A stretch of DNA of 63,935 nt, filler included, from an uncultured bacterium (GTDB lineage: Bacteria > Hinthialibacterota > Hinthialibacteria > Hinthialibacterales > Hinthialibacteraceae), in the NCBI GenBank assembly GCA_964449065.1. It is 3 parts of 3 records of this genome, joined end to end, with 100 filler letters (N's around TTAATTAATTAA, not from the genome) between each part and the next. Parts side by side here need not be neighbours in the genome. Positions count along the whole stretch, not along the records: positions 44,688 to 63,935 come from CAYVAZ010000059.1; 2 more parts are not named here. One strand, given 5' to 3'. A program made the position numbers and the translations under genes. The stretch's first letter is position 1. The number at the start of each line of letters is the position of its first letter. Of the stretch, positions 49,014 to 58,458 are shown in pieces. The notes beneath the pieces were generated by a model, which made no database searches, was not told the DNA's origin, and was given only the letters and a program-made list of their open reading frames with translations.

Positions 49014-49388
49014 TTAACCTACTTTTGACAGTTTCCCATCTTCCAAAGGCAAAGACTTGGCATCCCCCCACAATGTTTCTAAGCCGTAATAATCACGGGC
49101 ATCCGGGGTGAAAAGATGAACAACGATTGAGTAATAATCCAAAAGCACCCAGTTTTTACTTTCAAAGCCTTCCGTATGGCTGATCGTTTCACTCAGGTTC
49201 GCCATTGTTTCCCGGACTTTGTCAGCAAGCGCTTTGATGTGTACATGGCCGTCACCCGTGGCAATCACAAAATAATCCGCAATGGAAGAAACATCCGCCA
49301 TTTCAATCACAATGATATCCCGGCCCTTCAGCTCAGACAATGCATTCGCTGCGGCAAGTGCGTGTTGAGTGGTTAAATCGATGTTCAA
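49014..49388 (-). CDS. rsfS: ribosome silencing factor
   Basis: K.RDI, ADYFVIATG, WVLLDY..IVVHLF...R.YY.LE.LWGDA. Confidence 0.95.
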   Translation of the reverse strand: MNIDLTTQHALAAANALSELKGRDIIVIEMADVSSIADYFVIATGDGHVHIKALADKVRETMANLSETISHTEGFESKNWVLLDYYSIVVHLFTPDARDYYGLETLWGDAKSLPLEDGKLSKVG

Positions 49389-49519
49389 AATCCTCCAGTG
49401 TTTTGTTCTGTTACATAGTTTAATCCAGATTCATTTTTTTTTCAAATGAAATCGTACCCAATCTTCAAAAACTCAGAGAAAGTTTGAGCGATATCCCACA
49501 AAATTCAAGCCTTTTCACT

Positions 49520-51088
49520 TCAGTATTTGGCGTTTCGAACCCGAATCTCACCGGTTTCTTGATCAATATAAAACTCACCCCCGAACGGGTCAACAAAAAT
49601 ATCTTCTGTACTTTGAAACCATGTTTCATCCAACAAATCCGTCAGGGATTCCGGATACTGGCCGTATTCAATCTTGTACTGCTCCACAAAAGGCTGGATG
49701 GCATTTATCCGGGCCTCCCGGTCTTCCAGAAGAGTTTTTCTGGATGCGAGATACCAATCCAGTTCCGCGTCTTCTTCCGTGCTGGGCAGCAGCAAATGGG
49801 GATGCTCGCCGTTCATATCGGTTAAAATATCCCACAAACTTCCTCCCGGTGGAATCAACACGCGTAACACTTCACTTTCAAACTGGGGATTTTCCGCTTT
49901 TTTCTCTTCAATCACCTGCTGCAAGTACCCTTGTTCGACCAATTCGCTCATAGTTGGTGAAGGCAGTTGACCGTCGTGGTCATCGATATATTTTAGCGCC
50001 GCTTCTTCAATCAGTTTTATGCATTCGGAGGTGTAAATATCGTCCAATTTGGTGAGGGCAATGTTCGCGCTGACCGTGTCGCCTTTCTCAACGGCTTCAT
50101 TGTAGTAGCGCAGGTATTGTTCCCATGCCGCTAAAAACCGTCCCGAGGCACGGTCCATCTCAAAAATCATTCGTTCCACATACGATGGTGTTTCCGGATT
50201 GCGGGCTCCATAAACTTTTATATCGTGCAGCGTAAAGATTCCACTGGGGGAAGAGGTGGAAAACTGGCTAAATTTCAACTTCTCCGTCTGCACGGCCGGA
50301 TCAAAGGAATGCGTCGCGACTCCTGAAATATCGGTCGTCTCTTTGTCGATATACGTATCAACCGAACGGGACAAATATTGCAAAAGATACGATTGGTCAA
50401 ACCCGCTTTGTTCTTCCACCGCAATCCGGCCGACCGGTTTTTTCCCGCCCAACGACAAGACAAACATGCCGTCACCGGTTTCAAACCCGGCCCCGGTATA
50501 TGGGTCTCCATCGAGTAGGGCTTCCGCTTCGGACGCGGACACCAAACCTTGCGTTTCTTCGACAGCAACATCGGAATAGGCGGTTCCATAGGTGGCACGA
50601 ATGAACAGGTCTTTGGCCAGTTCATGCTGTTGCAATTGATAAAAGGCGATAAAACCGGCATCAAAAGGCAGTTGCCAATTTTTGGGATTGTTTTCCGCCC
50701 CGTCGATTAAAAAGTTCATCGCGGTTTCGGGTTCCTTGATGGATTCGTTGATGACAAACCCGCCGAACTTATACGCGGCGATAAAGTGCGGATCCAACCC
50801 CACCAAATTGTTCATCAAATTCAACATGCCGTTGCGTTTTTCTTCTACATCCAGCGTGCTGAAGTTTCCTCCGAAATATTGAATAGCCCGAATCCACAAA
50901 ATATCCGCCACGGCATTATCAAACCCAAGCGAGAGGGTTTTGGTCACCGCCGGACGGTTGGAGAGCATGAGGATTTTTTCTTCGATCCGCTTGCCTTCGC
51001 GCTCTTCCAAGATGCGGGTTTGCAGCCAGCCGAAAATACCGCAAAAAACCGCGAAAAGCACAATGAAGAGAATGGTTTTCTTCATCAT
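49520..51088 (-). CDS. membrane-anchored TPR protein (pilin-locus PilG/XapA-like) with inserted beta domain
   Basis: ADILWIRAIQYFG, LDPHF..AY, WQLPFDAGF, G.YP..L..L and DPFGGEFY motifs. Confidence 0.65.
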   Translation of the reverse strand: MMKKTILFIVLFAVFCGIFGWLQTRILEEREGKRIEEKILMLSNRPAVTKTLSLGFDNAVADILWIRAIQYFGGNFSTLDVEEKRNGMLNLMNNLVGLDPHFIAAYKFGGFVINESIKEPETAMNFLIDGAENNPKNWQLPFDAGFIAFYQLQQHELAKDLFIRATYGTAYSDVAVEETQGLVSASEAEALLDGDPYTGAGFETGDGMFVLSLGGKKPVGRIAVEEQSGFDQSYLLQYLSRSVDTYIDKETTDISGVATHSFDPAVQTEKLKFSQFSTSSPSGIFTLHDIKVYGARNPETPSYVERMIFEMDRASGRFLAAWEQYLRYYNEAVEKGDTVSANIALTKLDDIYTSECIKLIEEAALKYIDDHDGQLPSPTMSELVEQGYLQQVIEEKKAENPQFESEVLRVLIPPGGSLWDILTDMNGEHPHLLLPSTEEDAELDWYLASRKTLLEDREARINAIQPFVEQYKIEYGQYPESLTDLLDETWFQSTEDIFVDPFGGEFYIDQETGEIRVRNAKY

Positions 51089-51870
51089 TTAAAGTCCCGA
51101 TTTGAGAATGTTATAATCGTAACCGTTAATAGTATGGCGGTATACAGAATACCTGCCAATGGGTAGGTAAACAGGACAACATCCAACGAGCCGATGTCTT
51201 CCCGGTACACCACTTGGTTTTTAATATTGTAAACGGCTAAATTGGGCAAAATATAATACAGCGTTTGCAGCATGTAGGCGGCCGCCGTTGAGCCTTGCTC
51301 CATTAAACGGGTGCTCCAAGCCCAAAGGTCTTCTGACATATGCCCAATCACATAGCAAATCGCCGTCATAAACGCGGAGAGAATCGGCGTGGAAAAGGAT
51401 GAGAACAACACGGCAAAGGCCGTGATCACCATCATTTCAAATGTAAACAAAAAGATGGCAAAAATCAACGAAAACGTAATATCACTATTGGGAACAAACC
51501 AAATCAGCGCGCACAAGACAATCCCCATCATCATCACATTCACAATCACGGTGAGCAGCAATCCCAAATACTTGCCGACGATAAATTGCGTACGGCTGAC
51601 ACCGGAGGCGATGATGGTGTAAAGCGTGCGTTTATCCAATTCATCATACACCAAGTTTACCCCCACAAACGCGGACAACAGCAATCCAAAAATGTTGATT
51701 GCCGATAGGCCGATGTGTTTGATGATGCGGTCGTCTTCGCCCAGCGCCAGGGTCGCCAGTAGGGCAGAAAGCCCGACCATACCCAAGGCAAAGAAAAAAA
51801 TGATATAGAACACTTTGTTCCGAATGGCTTCTTTATAGGTATTCAATGCGATTGCAAACACTTTACTCAC
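51085..51870 (-). CDS. ABC-2 type permease (PilI/XapC-like)
   Basis: IALNTYKEAIRNK, ELDKRTLYTI, R.QFIVGKYLG, FSNRDF. Confidence 0.88.
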   Translation of the reverse strand: MSKVFAIALNTYKEAIRNKVFYIIFFFALGMVGLSALLATLALGEDDRIIKHIGLSAINIFGLLLSAFVGVNLVYDELDKRTLYTIIASGVSRTQFIVGKYLGLLLTVIVNVMMMGIVLCALIWFVPNSDITFSLIFAIFLFTFEMMVITAFAVLFSSFSTPILSAFMTAICYVIGHMSEDLWAWSTRLMEQGSTAAAYMLQTLYYILPNLAVYNIKNQVVYREDIGSLDVVLFTYPLAGILYTAILLTVTIITFSNRDFK

Positions 51871-52789
51871 GGGTGCCTACCTCCCGAACGAAGTAATCTT
51901 CCAACGTTCCACGGTCTTGCCGGTATTCCACAATTCGGGCGTTCATTGACATGGCTTGTTTTAACATATCTTGCCCCGTTTCTTCATTGGGCGCGGTCAA
52001 ATAAACCAAGCCGGATCGTTCGCTATGATCTTCCGCTTTGGAAGTCAGTTGATTCTTCACGTCGTCATTGGGCCGATCGAGAACCAAAACAAATTTGGCC
52101 TGGCTTTCCGATAAAATATCCGAGACCGTCCCCTGCTTAACCAAATTGCCCTTGTTTAAAATGGCAATGCGGTCGCACAGCATTTCCACATCCGCCAGGA
52201 TGTGCGAGCAGAAAAAAATAGTCTTTTTTTCTTCTTTCAACTGAATAATTAAATCCCGAATTTCACGCCGTCCGATGGGGTCAAGACCGGACATCGGCTC
52301 ATCCAGCAGCAAGAGTACCGGATTGGTGATCAGCGCCTGCGCCAGACCCACGCGGGTGACCATCCCTTTGGAATAATCCGAAATACGGGTTTTTTTGGCG
52401 TGTTCCAGTCCCACCACATGCAGCAGTTCATCCGCCTTCTTCTTGGCATCTTCCACCGGCACACCGGTTAGTTTGGCATAAAACATCAAAAACTCAAAAC
52501 CGGTTAAAAAGCGGTAAAAGTATGGGTTCTCCGGCATGTATCCGATGCGGTGCATATGCGACGCTCTGCTGATTTCGGTATCGCAAATCCACGCATTACC
52601 GGACGTGGGAAAAATAATGCGCAGCAAAATTTTGATGGTGGTGGTTTTGCCTGCGCCGTTGGGCCCTAAAAACCCGAAGATTTCCCCTTCTTCCACTTCC
52701 AGGTTTAGATCGGTCAACGCCCGAAAGCGTTTGCCGCCCAACCCGCCAACGTAATCTTTGGTCAGATTTTCAATCCGAAGGATAGCCAT
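51863..52789 (-). CDS. ABC transporter ATP-binding protein (PilH/XapB-like)
   Basis: GPNGAGKTT, YSKGM, LLDEPMSGLDPIGR, SHIL. Confidence 0.93.
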   Translation of the reverse strand: MAILRIENLTKDYVGGLGGKRFRALTDLNLEVEEGEIFGFLGPNGAGKTTTIKILLRIIFPTSGNAWICDTEISRASHMHRIGYMPENPYFYRFLTGFEFLMFYAKLTGVPVEDAKKKADELLHVVGLEHAKKTRISDYSKGMVTRVGLAQALITNPVLLLLDEPMSGLDPIGRREIRDLIIQLKEEKKTIFFCSHILADVEMLCDRIAILNKGNLVKQGTVSDILSESQAKFVLVLDRPNDDVKNQLTSKAEDHSERSGLVYLTAPNEETGQDMLKQAMSMNARIVEYRQDRGTLEDYFVREVGTRE

Positions 52790-53013
52790 GGCTATCTCCT
52801 TCTACACAGTGATCATTGCAAATGATTTCAGCATGATAATTTAAAAGAATCGATGAAGTCAGTCAAGCGAACCTCATCCACTTATACAATTTGTGACAAA
52901 TCTAATTAATGACTATACATTCAGTATGTTACCAAAAAATTCAAGCAAAGAAAAATCTTTGTGTGGAATGGGTGTGGTTTTCGTAATGAAATATCGAACC
53001 GGTTTGGCTTTTT

Positions 53014-53100
53014 CAGCAATTCAAGTTTGCGTAAAGGCCTGATAGCACATACATTTACCGGCTAGAAGCCGATGCTCTCCGGCTATTCAACTCTAAAGCC
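53014..53100. mobile_element. degenerate TAGAGC-family MITE with REP cargo
   Basis: Reverse-complement relative of 61726-61820. Confidence 0.7.
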
Positions 53101-53202
53101 AAGTTGCATTGAAATGGGATTTATAAATTGTCTTACTGTTGTAGGGGCTATCCCCGTGGGTGACTTGCTGACAATGCCGTTGACTGAAGAGAATCCGTTA
53201 TG

Positions 53203-53233
53203 AAAAAAAGCCCCTCATTTGAGGGGCTTTTTT
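53203..53233. terminator. intrinsic terminator
   Basis: AAAAAAGCCCCTCA TT TGAGGGGCTTTTTT downstream of the 53255 gene. Confidence 0.9.
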
Positions 53234-53254
53234 GGTTGTGAATCAGAAACAATC

Positions 53255-54619
53255 TTAATACAATGACCATTCCGGAACGGAAGCGGGTTCGCCTAAATCG
53301 CCGATCGCGTAACGGCCGTAGCCGTAGATACCGCTGTACCACAGCAATTCGGATGCGCCTTCTTCCGCGGTGGGCAACACATTCAATTCCACATCACCCA
53401 AGGTTCCATGCCAACGGGTAACCGGTTGATCACCGCCTGTGGTATCGCCATCGAGTTCATCAATTTCACGCACATCCAGCATGTGAGATGAACCTTCAAC
53501 GTATTCACCGGTCACCGCGTCATGCAACGCCAACCAACCCGGTAAATAGGGGGTATCGGCTGGATTATCGCCAAAACCGAGTGAACCGGCTGTGCCGGGG
53601 TCTTTGGTATCCCAGCTGGGTGTGGAGTACACGGCAAAGTAAGGCAGGCCCGTCACTGCGTCAAACCCGGAATGGAACCAGCCGATATAGGTATCCAAAA
53701 AGTTTTGGGCTTCCGTATCCACTTCCGGCGCGGTAAATTCGAAAAAATCATCATTCAAAAATGGCTCAACCGCTCCCGGTACGGTAAACTCACGACGGAT
53801 GTTCACGCCAAAACCGCTCGCGCCGCCGGGGAAGTTCCCACCGATGACCCACAATTCATCGCCAGCCGGATTTAAAAATGGAGACGACGAACCGCCGCGG
53901 AAATCAACTTGATCGGTTGTGGGGGCGAAGGTCATACCGTCTTCGGTAGTGAAGTGGTAATACTTCTGGTTGGTTCTCCAGGTTTTGCCGCCGGTCCAAA
54001 TGACGGTATCGGTGCCGGAACCTTCGACTTTAAAGATTTCCCAGCGCCAGGCTGCCCATGTATCGGTGCCGTCATTCGGATGGGTGTAGATAATCATCGG
54101 ATCACTGAAGGTACCGTCACCATTGGCCTCATACTTGATAAGCTGGTTTTTGTGACCGGTGTAAATCGCGCCATCGTCACCCACGCCAAAGGCGAAGTAG
54201 TAATCAATTTCAGATCCGCCGGCGGCGATGAGCTCCGTGTCCGGTTCAACCGGTGTCAAACCAACTTCCAATGCAACACCCATCGGTGCGCCTGTGGCCG
54301 GATCAATCCAAACCAATGAGCGGTCAGGAAACTCAGCGGCCAATGCGGCATCGTGATTTGGGTCGGTTTCATCAATCCCGTTTTCACGGACACCCAATAA
54401 CAGGCGGGAATCATCATACCGCTTCAATCCACCATACGAATCATACACATCCGTGCCATCCCAAACTTCACCGGGAGTGGGTTCATCCTTTTCCAAAATC
54501 GGAAGAGGTGAACTCTCATCGGTGATGAGGTATTCCCATACCGGTTCGATGGTTTGGGTATACCCAACCGAACCAAATGATACGACCAGTGCTGCTGCAA
54601 ACAAATACTTTTTCATCAT
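53255..54619 (-). CDS. acidic secreted protein, unknown function
   Basis: AAGGAG RBS, MMKKYLFAAAL signal peptide, ends PASVPEWSLY. Confidence 0.85.
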   Translation of the reverse strand: MMKKYLFAAALVVSFGSVGYTQTIEPVWEYLITDESSPLPILEKDEPTPGEVWDGTDVYDSYGGLKRYDDSRLLLGVRENGIDETDPNHDAALAAEFPDRSLVWIDPATGAPMGVALEVGLTPVEPDTELIAAGGSEIDYYFAFGVGDDGAIYTGHKNQLIKYEANGDGTFSDPMIIYTHPNDGTDTWAAWRWEIFKVEGSGTDTVIWTGGKTWRTNQKYYHFTTEDGMTFAPTTDQVDFRGGSSSPFLNPAGDELWVIGGNFPGGASGFGVNIRREFTVPGAVEPFLNDDFFEFTAPEVDTEAQNFLDTYIGWFHSGFDAVTGLPYFAVYSTPSWDTKDPGTAGSLGFGDNPADTPYLPGWLALHDAVTGEYVEGSSHMLDVREIDELDGDTTGGDQPVTRWHGTLGDVELNVLPTAEEGASELLWYSGIYGYGRYAIGDLGEPASVPEWSLY

Positions 54620-54679
54620 ACAACTTCTCCTTAAAAGATAAATTTGTAAAATTGTTAGCTTACCTTGCGCTAACAAAAA

Positions 54680-55618
54680 TTAAATCCCTGCTTGATCAAA
54701 TGCCCGCCGCAGCATGGCGATGCTTTTGGGCACGGCCGAATGCGCGTCTTCTTTGCCTTCCATCTCCAGCGATACATATCCCCGGTACCCGGTTTCGCGC
54801 AGCATCCGGGCAATGCGGTTGTAATCTAAGTCGAGCGTGTACCACTCGCCGCCGCCGTGGTAGGTTTTGGCTTGCACGAATACGGTTTTCTCCAGCATCA
54901 TTTTCAGTTTATCGTAGGGGTTTTCTAAAAAGTTCCCCGTGTCGGTCATCACTTGCAGCCAGGGAGAATCGATGGAATTCACGATTCGCAACACTCCTTC
55001 CGGCTCGCGGGTCAGGCCCCAATGATTTTCTAAAGCAAGAACAACGCCACATTCTTCCGCCTTTGGTAGACACTTCTCGATTGAATCGATACACCATTTG
55101 AATGCGTCATCTAAGTCATACCCATCGATCGGCGGTTCCAGCCCGCGGCGTTCCATCAAGTCATCGAATGAGCGTACCGTACCCCACCGTCCTGAGTTCA
55201 ACCGAATGCAGGGGATTCCCATCGCATATGCGAGTTCAATGCAATGCTTGGTGTGTTCGATATGCTCCTTGAGTTTTTCGGGATCGGGATCGACAAAATC
55301 TTGATGGATTGAAAGGCAAATCAAGTCAATGCCGTTTAAAAAGGCGTGGCGCTTGAGTTTTTGCATGTAGGCGTTGTCTTCGCTTTCCATTTGCCGGTGC
55401 AGGATATCCACCCCCTCGCACCCCAAACGGGCGGCCTCATCGATTACCCCTTCAATCGGATAATTTGTTTCGGCAAAGTGCCAGTATGAGTAGGTGGATA
55501 TCCCCAACTTCACCCGCGAGTGAGCCGGGACAGGGTCGGCCATAACTTTTTTTGGATTGCCAACGGCAAGCCCCCCGGCCGCCGCGGTTGATGCGATAAA
55601 ATTCCGTCTGTTTATCAT
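54680..55618 (-). CDS. Tat-exported xylose-isomerase-like TIM-barrel protein
   Basis: NRRNFI, LGISTYSYW, LALENHWG, DTGNF, GYVSLEMEG. Confidence 0.88.
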   Translation of the reverse strand: MINRRNFIASTAAAGGLAVGNPKKVMADPVPAHSRVKLGISTYSYWHFAETNYPIEGVIDEAARLGCEGVDILHRQMESEDNAYMQKLKRHAFLNGIDLICLSIHQDFVDPDPEKLKEHIEHTKHCIELAYAMGIPCIRLNSGRWGTVRSFDDLMERRGLEPPIDGYDLDDAFKWCIDSIEKCLPKAEECGVVLALENHWGLTREPEGVLRIVNSIDSPWLQVMTDTGNFLENPYDKLKMMLEKTVFVQAKTYHGGGEWYTLDLDYNRIARMLRETGYRGYVSLEMEGKEDAHSAVPKSIAMLRRAFDQAGI

Positions 55619-55737
55619 TCTCTCATGTTCTCCTAACAACAGCATTGTAAAAATTCAAACACGCTTCACAATCTTGCTGACTTCTGTCAGAATATCCATC
55701 TCAGTATAGTTAAAATCGGTAAAATAATTAGGTAAAA

Positions 55738-57663
55738 GTGAAACCAATGAACCAGATACTCATCCGTACTGTTGTGCCGCTCTTGTGTCTTTGCAATATT
55801 CTCTCCAGCGTTTCGCATCCGTTGGGGAATTTTTCATTGAACCATTACACGCTGCTAAAAGTATATCCGCAAGGAATTTTGGCGCAGCATGTGTTGGATT
55901 TCGCCGAAATTCCATCTTTTAATGAATTGGCGAATGTGGATCAAAACAACGACAATGAAGTCTCTGCTGAAGAAGTCGAACGGTATCTTTCCACATTCGA
56001 TGAAGCCTTTTTGCCAAACTACCGGTATCAAATTTCGGTGAATGACACCCCGGTTGCGGTTGAACCGGAGTTGATCGAACGGAACATATTGCTGTCGCAC
56101 GGCCAGGCGGGAATGACCTGCATTCAAGTCCAAATGGCCGCCCGGCTTCCGTTGCCGAAGTTGGAGAAAGGCCAAACAATCGAAGTTTCGTTTCTCGATG
56201 ATAACTTAATCCACATCCGCGGGTTTCGCGAAGTGCGGGTTTCCAGCCAAGATGGCATTGAGATTGCCAAAGAATCCGTCACCAATGAAAACAAATATCC
56301 AGTGGTGAATCCGATTGACGGCCTGTATGGAATGGAAGGGCTAAGCACAACGTTTTCCTATTCTGTCAATAAAATAGAGCCATTTTTACAGGCGAAGACA
56401 ACAGAAGTCAACAAGTTTATCGATCCCGCGTCCATTCCCCAAATACCGATTGATCCGGATGAGAGCGGGAATTACTCCATCGTGAAATCTCCCTTGCAGC
56501 CGAACCAGGAAGTGCAATCCAAAATCTCGATGTTGCAGCCCAAAACCGAAGTGAGTGTCGATTCGGCATTGGGAGAAGCGGAAGAGGAAACCGTAGAAGA
56601 GTTTGAAGAGGAAAAAGAAGCCGTTCCGATGGATATCGGCCGTTCAAACGGTAACGAAACCGGAGAAGAAGCGTGGGCTGCCTTGATCGCGGCCGAAGAC
56701 CTCAGCCCCTGGTTTGTGATTACCGCCATCATCGCGTCGATTATGTACGGCATGGCGCACGCGCTTTCGCCGGGGCACGGCAAAACCGTGGTGGCCGCGT
56801 ATCTGATCGGTTCACGGGGAACGGTGCTGCACGCCATCTTTTTGGGGATCATCGTAACGCTGACTCATGTATCCAGCGTGATTATTTTGGGGATCATAAT
56901 TCTTTATTTTCAACAATACATCAACAACGAAATCTTGTTCGCCTCGGTTGAAGCCATATCCGGCTTGCTGATTGTCGCGATCGGCGGCATCTTGTTTTTT
57001 AAACGCTATAACGCGTATCAACAATCCAAACTGCAAGCGGCAGCGGCAACCGCCGGACACACCCACCATCATCATGATCAAGGGCACCATCATCACGAGC
57101 ATGGGCATTCCCACAGCCACGACAACCCTGGTCATTCACACGATCACGACCACCATCATCACGACCACGATCATCAACATTCCCATGATCATGGAGACAC
57201 TCACACGCATTCACACGGGCACAGCCATAGCCATGATCATGAGCATGGACACCATCATCACCACCATCATGGCTGGCTGGATGACGATCATGAGCATGGC
57301 GAACACACGCATACCCATGAAATCCCTGCCGACGCGAGCTGGTGGGATTTGTTGGTATTAGGCATTACCGGCGGCATTGTGCCATGCCCGGCAGCGGTGT
57401 TGGTGTTGCTGGTCGCGATTTCAACCCATAAACTGGTATTTGGCATGGTATTAATCATCTTCTTCAGTATGGGGCTTGCGGCAGTCTTGATTGCCATCGG
57501 TATCACAATGGTGGTCGCGAAAGGCTTTTTTGACCGCCTGCCGGAACAAGGCAAATTCTCCAAGATGCTGCAGATTGTTTCCCCTGCCTTGATTACGGTA
57601 TTGGGATTTGTGATTATATTCCGTTCGCTCATTACAGGCGGAATCATATCGGTTAATATGTAG
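55738..57663 (+). CDS. NicO/RcnA-family Ni/Co transporter with periplasmic N-domain and His-rich loop
   Basis: HPLGNFSLNHY, HALSPGHGKT, His-rich tract, GIVPCPAA, FSMGLA. Confidence 0.9.
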   Translation: MKPMNQILIRTVVPLLCLCNILSSVSHPLGNFSLNHYTLLKVYPQGILAQHVLDFAEIPSFNELANVDQNNDNEVSAEEVERYLSTFDEAFLPNYRYQISVNDTPVAVEPELIERNILLSHGQAGMTCIQVQMAARLPLPKLEKGQTIEVSFLDDNLIHIRGFREVRVSSQDGIEIAKESVTNENKYPVVNPIDGLYGMEGLSTTFSYSVNKIEPFLQAKTTEVNKFIDPASIPQIPIDPDESGNYSIVKSPLQPNQEVQSKISMLQPKTEVSVDSALGEAEEETVEEFEEEKEAVPMDIGRSNGNETGEEAWAALIAAEDLSPWFVITAIIASIMYGMAHALSPGHGKTVVAAYLIGSRGTVLHAIFLGIIVTLTHVSSVIILGIIILYFQQYINNEILFASVEAISGLLIVAIGGILFFKRYNAYQQSKLQAAAATAGHTHHHHDQGHHHHEHGHSHSHDNPGHSHDHDHHHHDHDHQHSHDHGDTHTHSHGHSHSHDHEHGHHHHHHHGWLDDDHEHGEHTHTHEIPADASWWDLLVLGITGGIVPCPAAVLVLLVAISTHKLVFGMVLIIFFSMGLAAVLIAIGITMVVAKGFFDRLPEQGKFSKMLQIVSPALITVLGFVIIFRSLITGGIISVNM

Positions 57664-57854
57664 AGTCTGTAATGCTGATTTATGCAAGATGGTAGGGTGG
57701 GCCAAAACTCAGTGGACTATAAATACGCGGGATATCAAAGCGTGAGAAAGTTTAAATCATATCAAACCGCTTTTGTCCGGCAGCCCACCAGTTGTACCGA
57801 ATGCGGATAATACATGGTTCTTCTGTTTTTTACTTTACGAGTAGGTGAACAAGT

Positions 57855-58274
57855 ATGAGCGAGGCGGTACGCTTTAGTGTGTCGTTGTCGGAAGAATTGC
57901 TGAAGTCGTTGGATGACTATTTGCAGAAAAAGGGATACGGCAACCGCTCCGAAGGTTTGCGTGATATTATCCGCGATAACTTGGTGCGGCAGGAAGTCAT
58001 CGCCAACCATGATGTGGTAGGTGTGTTAACCATTGTCTACGATCACCACGTTCGCGAATTGACCCAAACCATTATCGAAGAACAGCACAACAGCCCGGCG
58101 GATATTGTATCCAGCATGCACGTGCATTTGGATCATCACAACTGTCTGGAAATCATCGTCGCCCGTGGCAAAGGCGGAGTCATTCAAAAATTCGCCGACC
58201 GCATGATCGGCATACGCGGGGTAAAACACGGAAATTTAACGCTGACTTCTAGCGGAAAAAACCTGCCCAAATAA
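57855..58274 (+). CDS. nikR: nickel-responsive regulator
   Basis: RFSVSL, GY.NRSE..RD.IR, YDHH, HVHLDHHNCLE, GVKHG.L. Confidence 0.96.
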   Translation: MSEAVRFSVSLSEELLKSLDDYLQKKGYGNRSEGLRDIIRDNLVRQEVIANHDVVGVLTIVYDHHVRELTQTIIEEQHNSPADIVSSMHVHLDHHNCLEIIVARGKGGVIQKFADRMIGIRGVKHGNLTLTSSGKNLPK

Positions 58275-58458
58275 TAGGGTTTCAAAATTGGTCTCTTCAA
58301 ACAGTACGACTGGTGGGCTACCGGAGATACGTATTGTGATACAACTTAGACTTGCTCCCGCTTTTAGATAATGCGTAATTCTAGTTAAATCAGTGTTGAG
58401 CCCACCCTACAATGATAACGGACATTTTTCATTTCAATCGGTATTATAGGACACAGCC

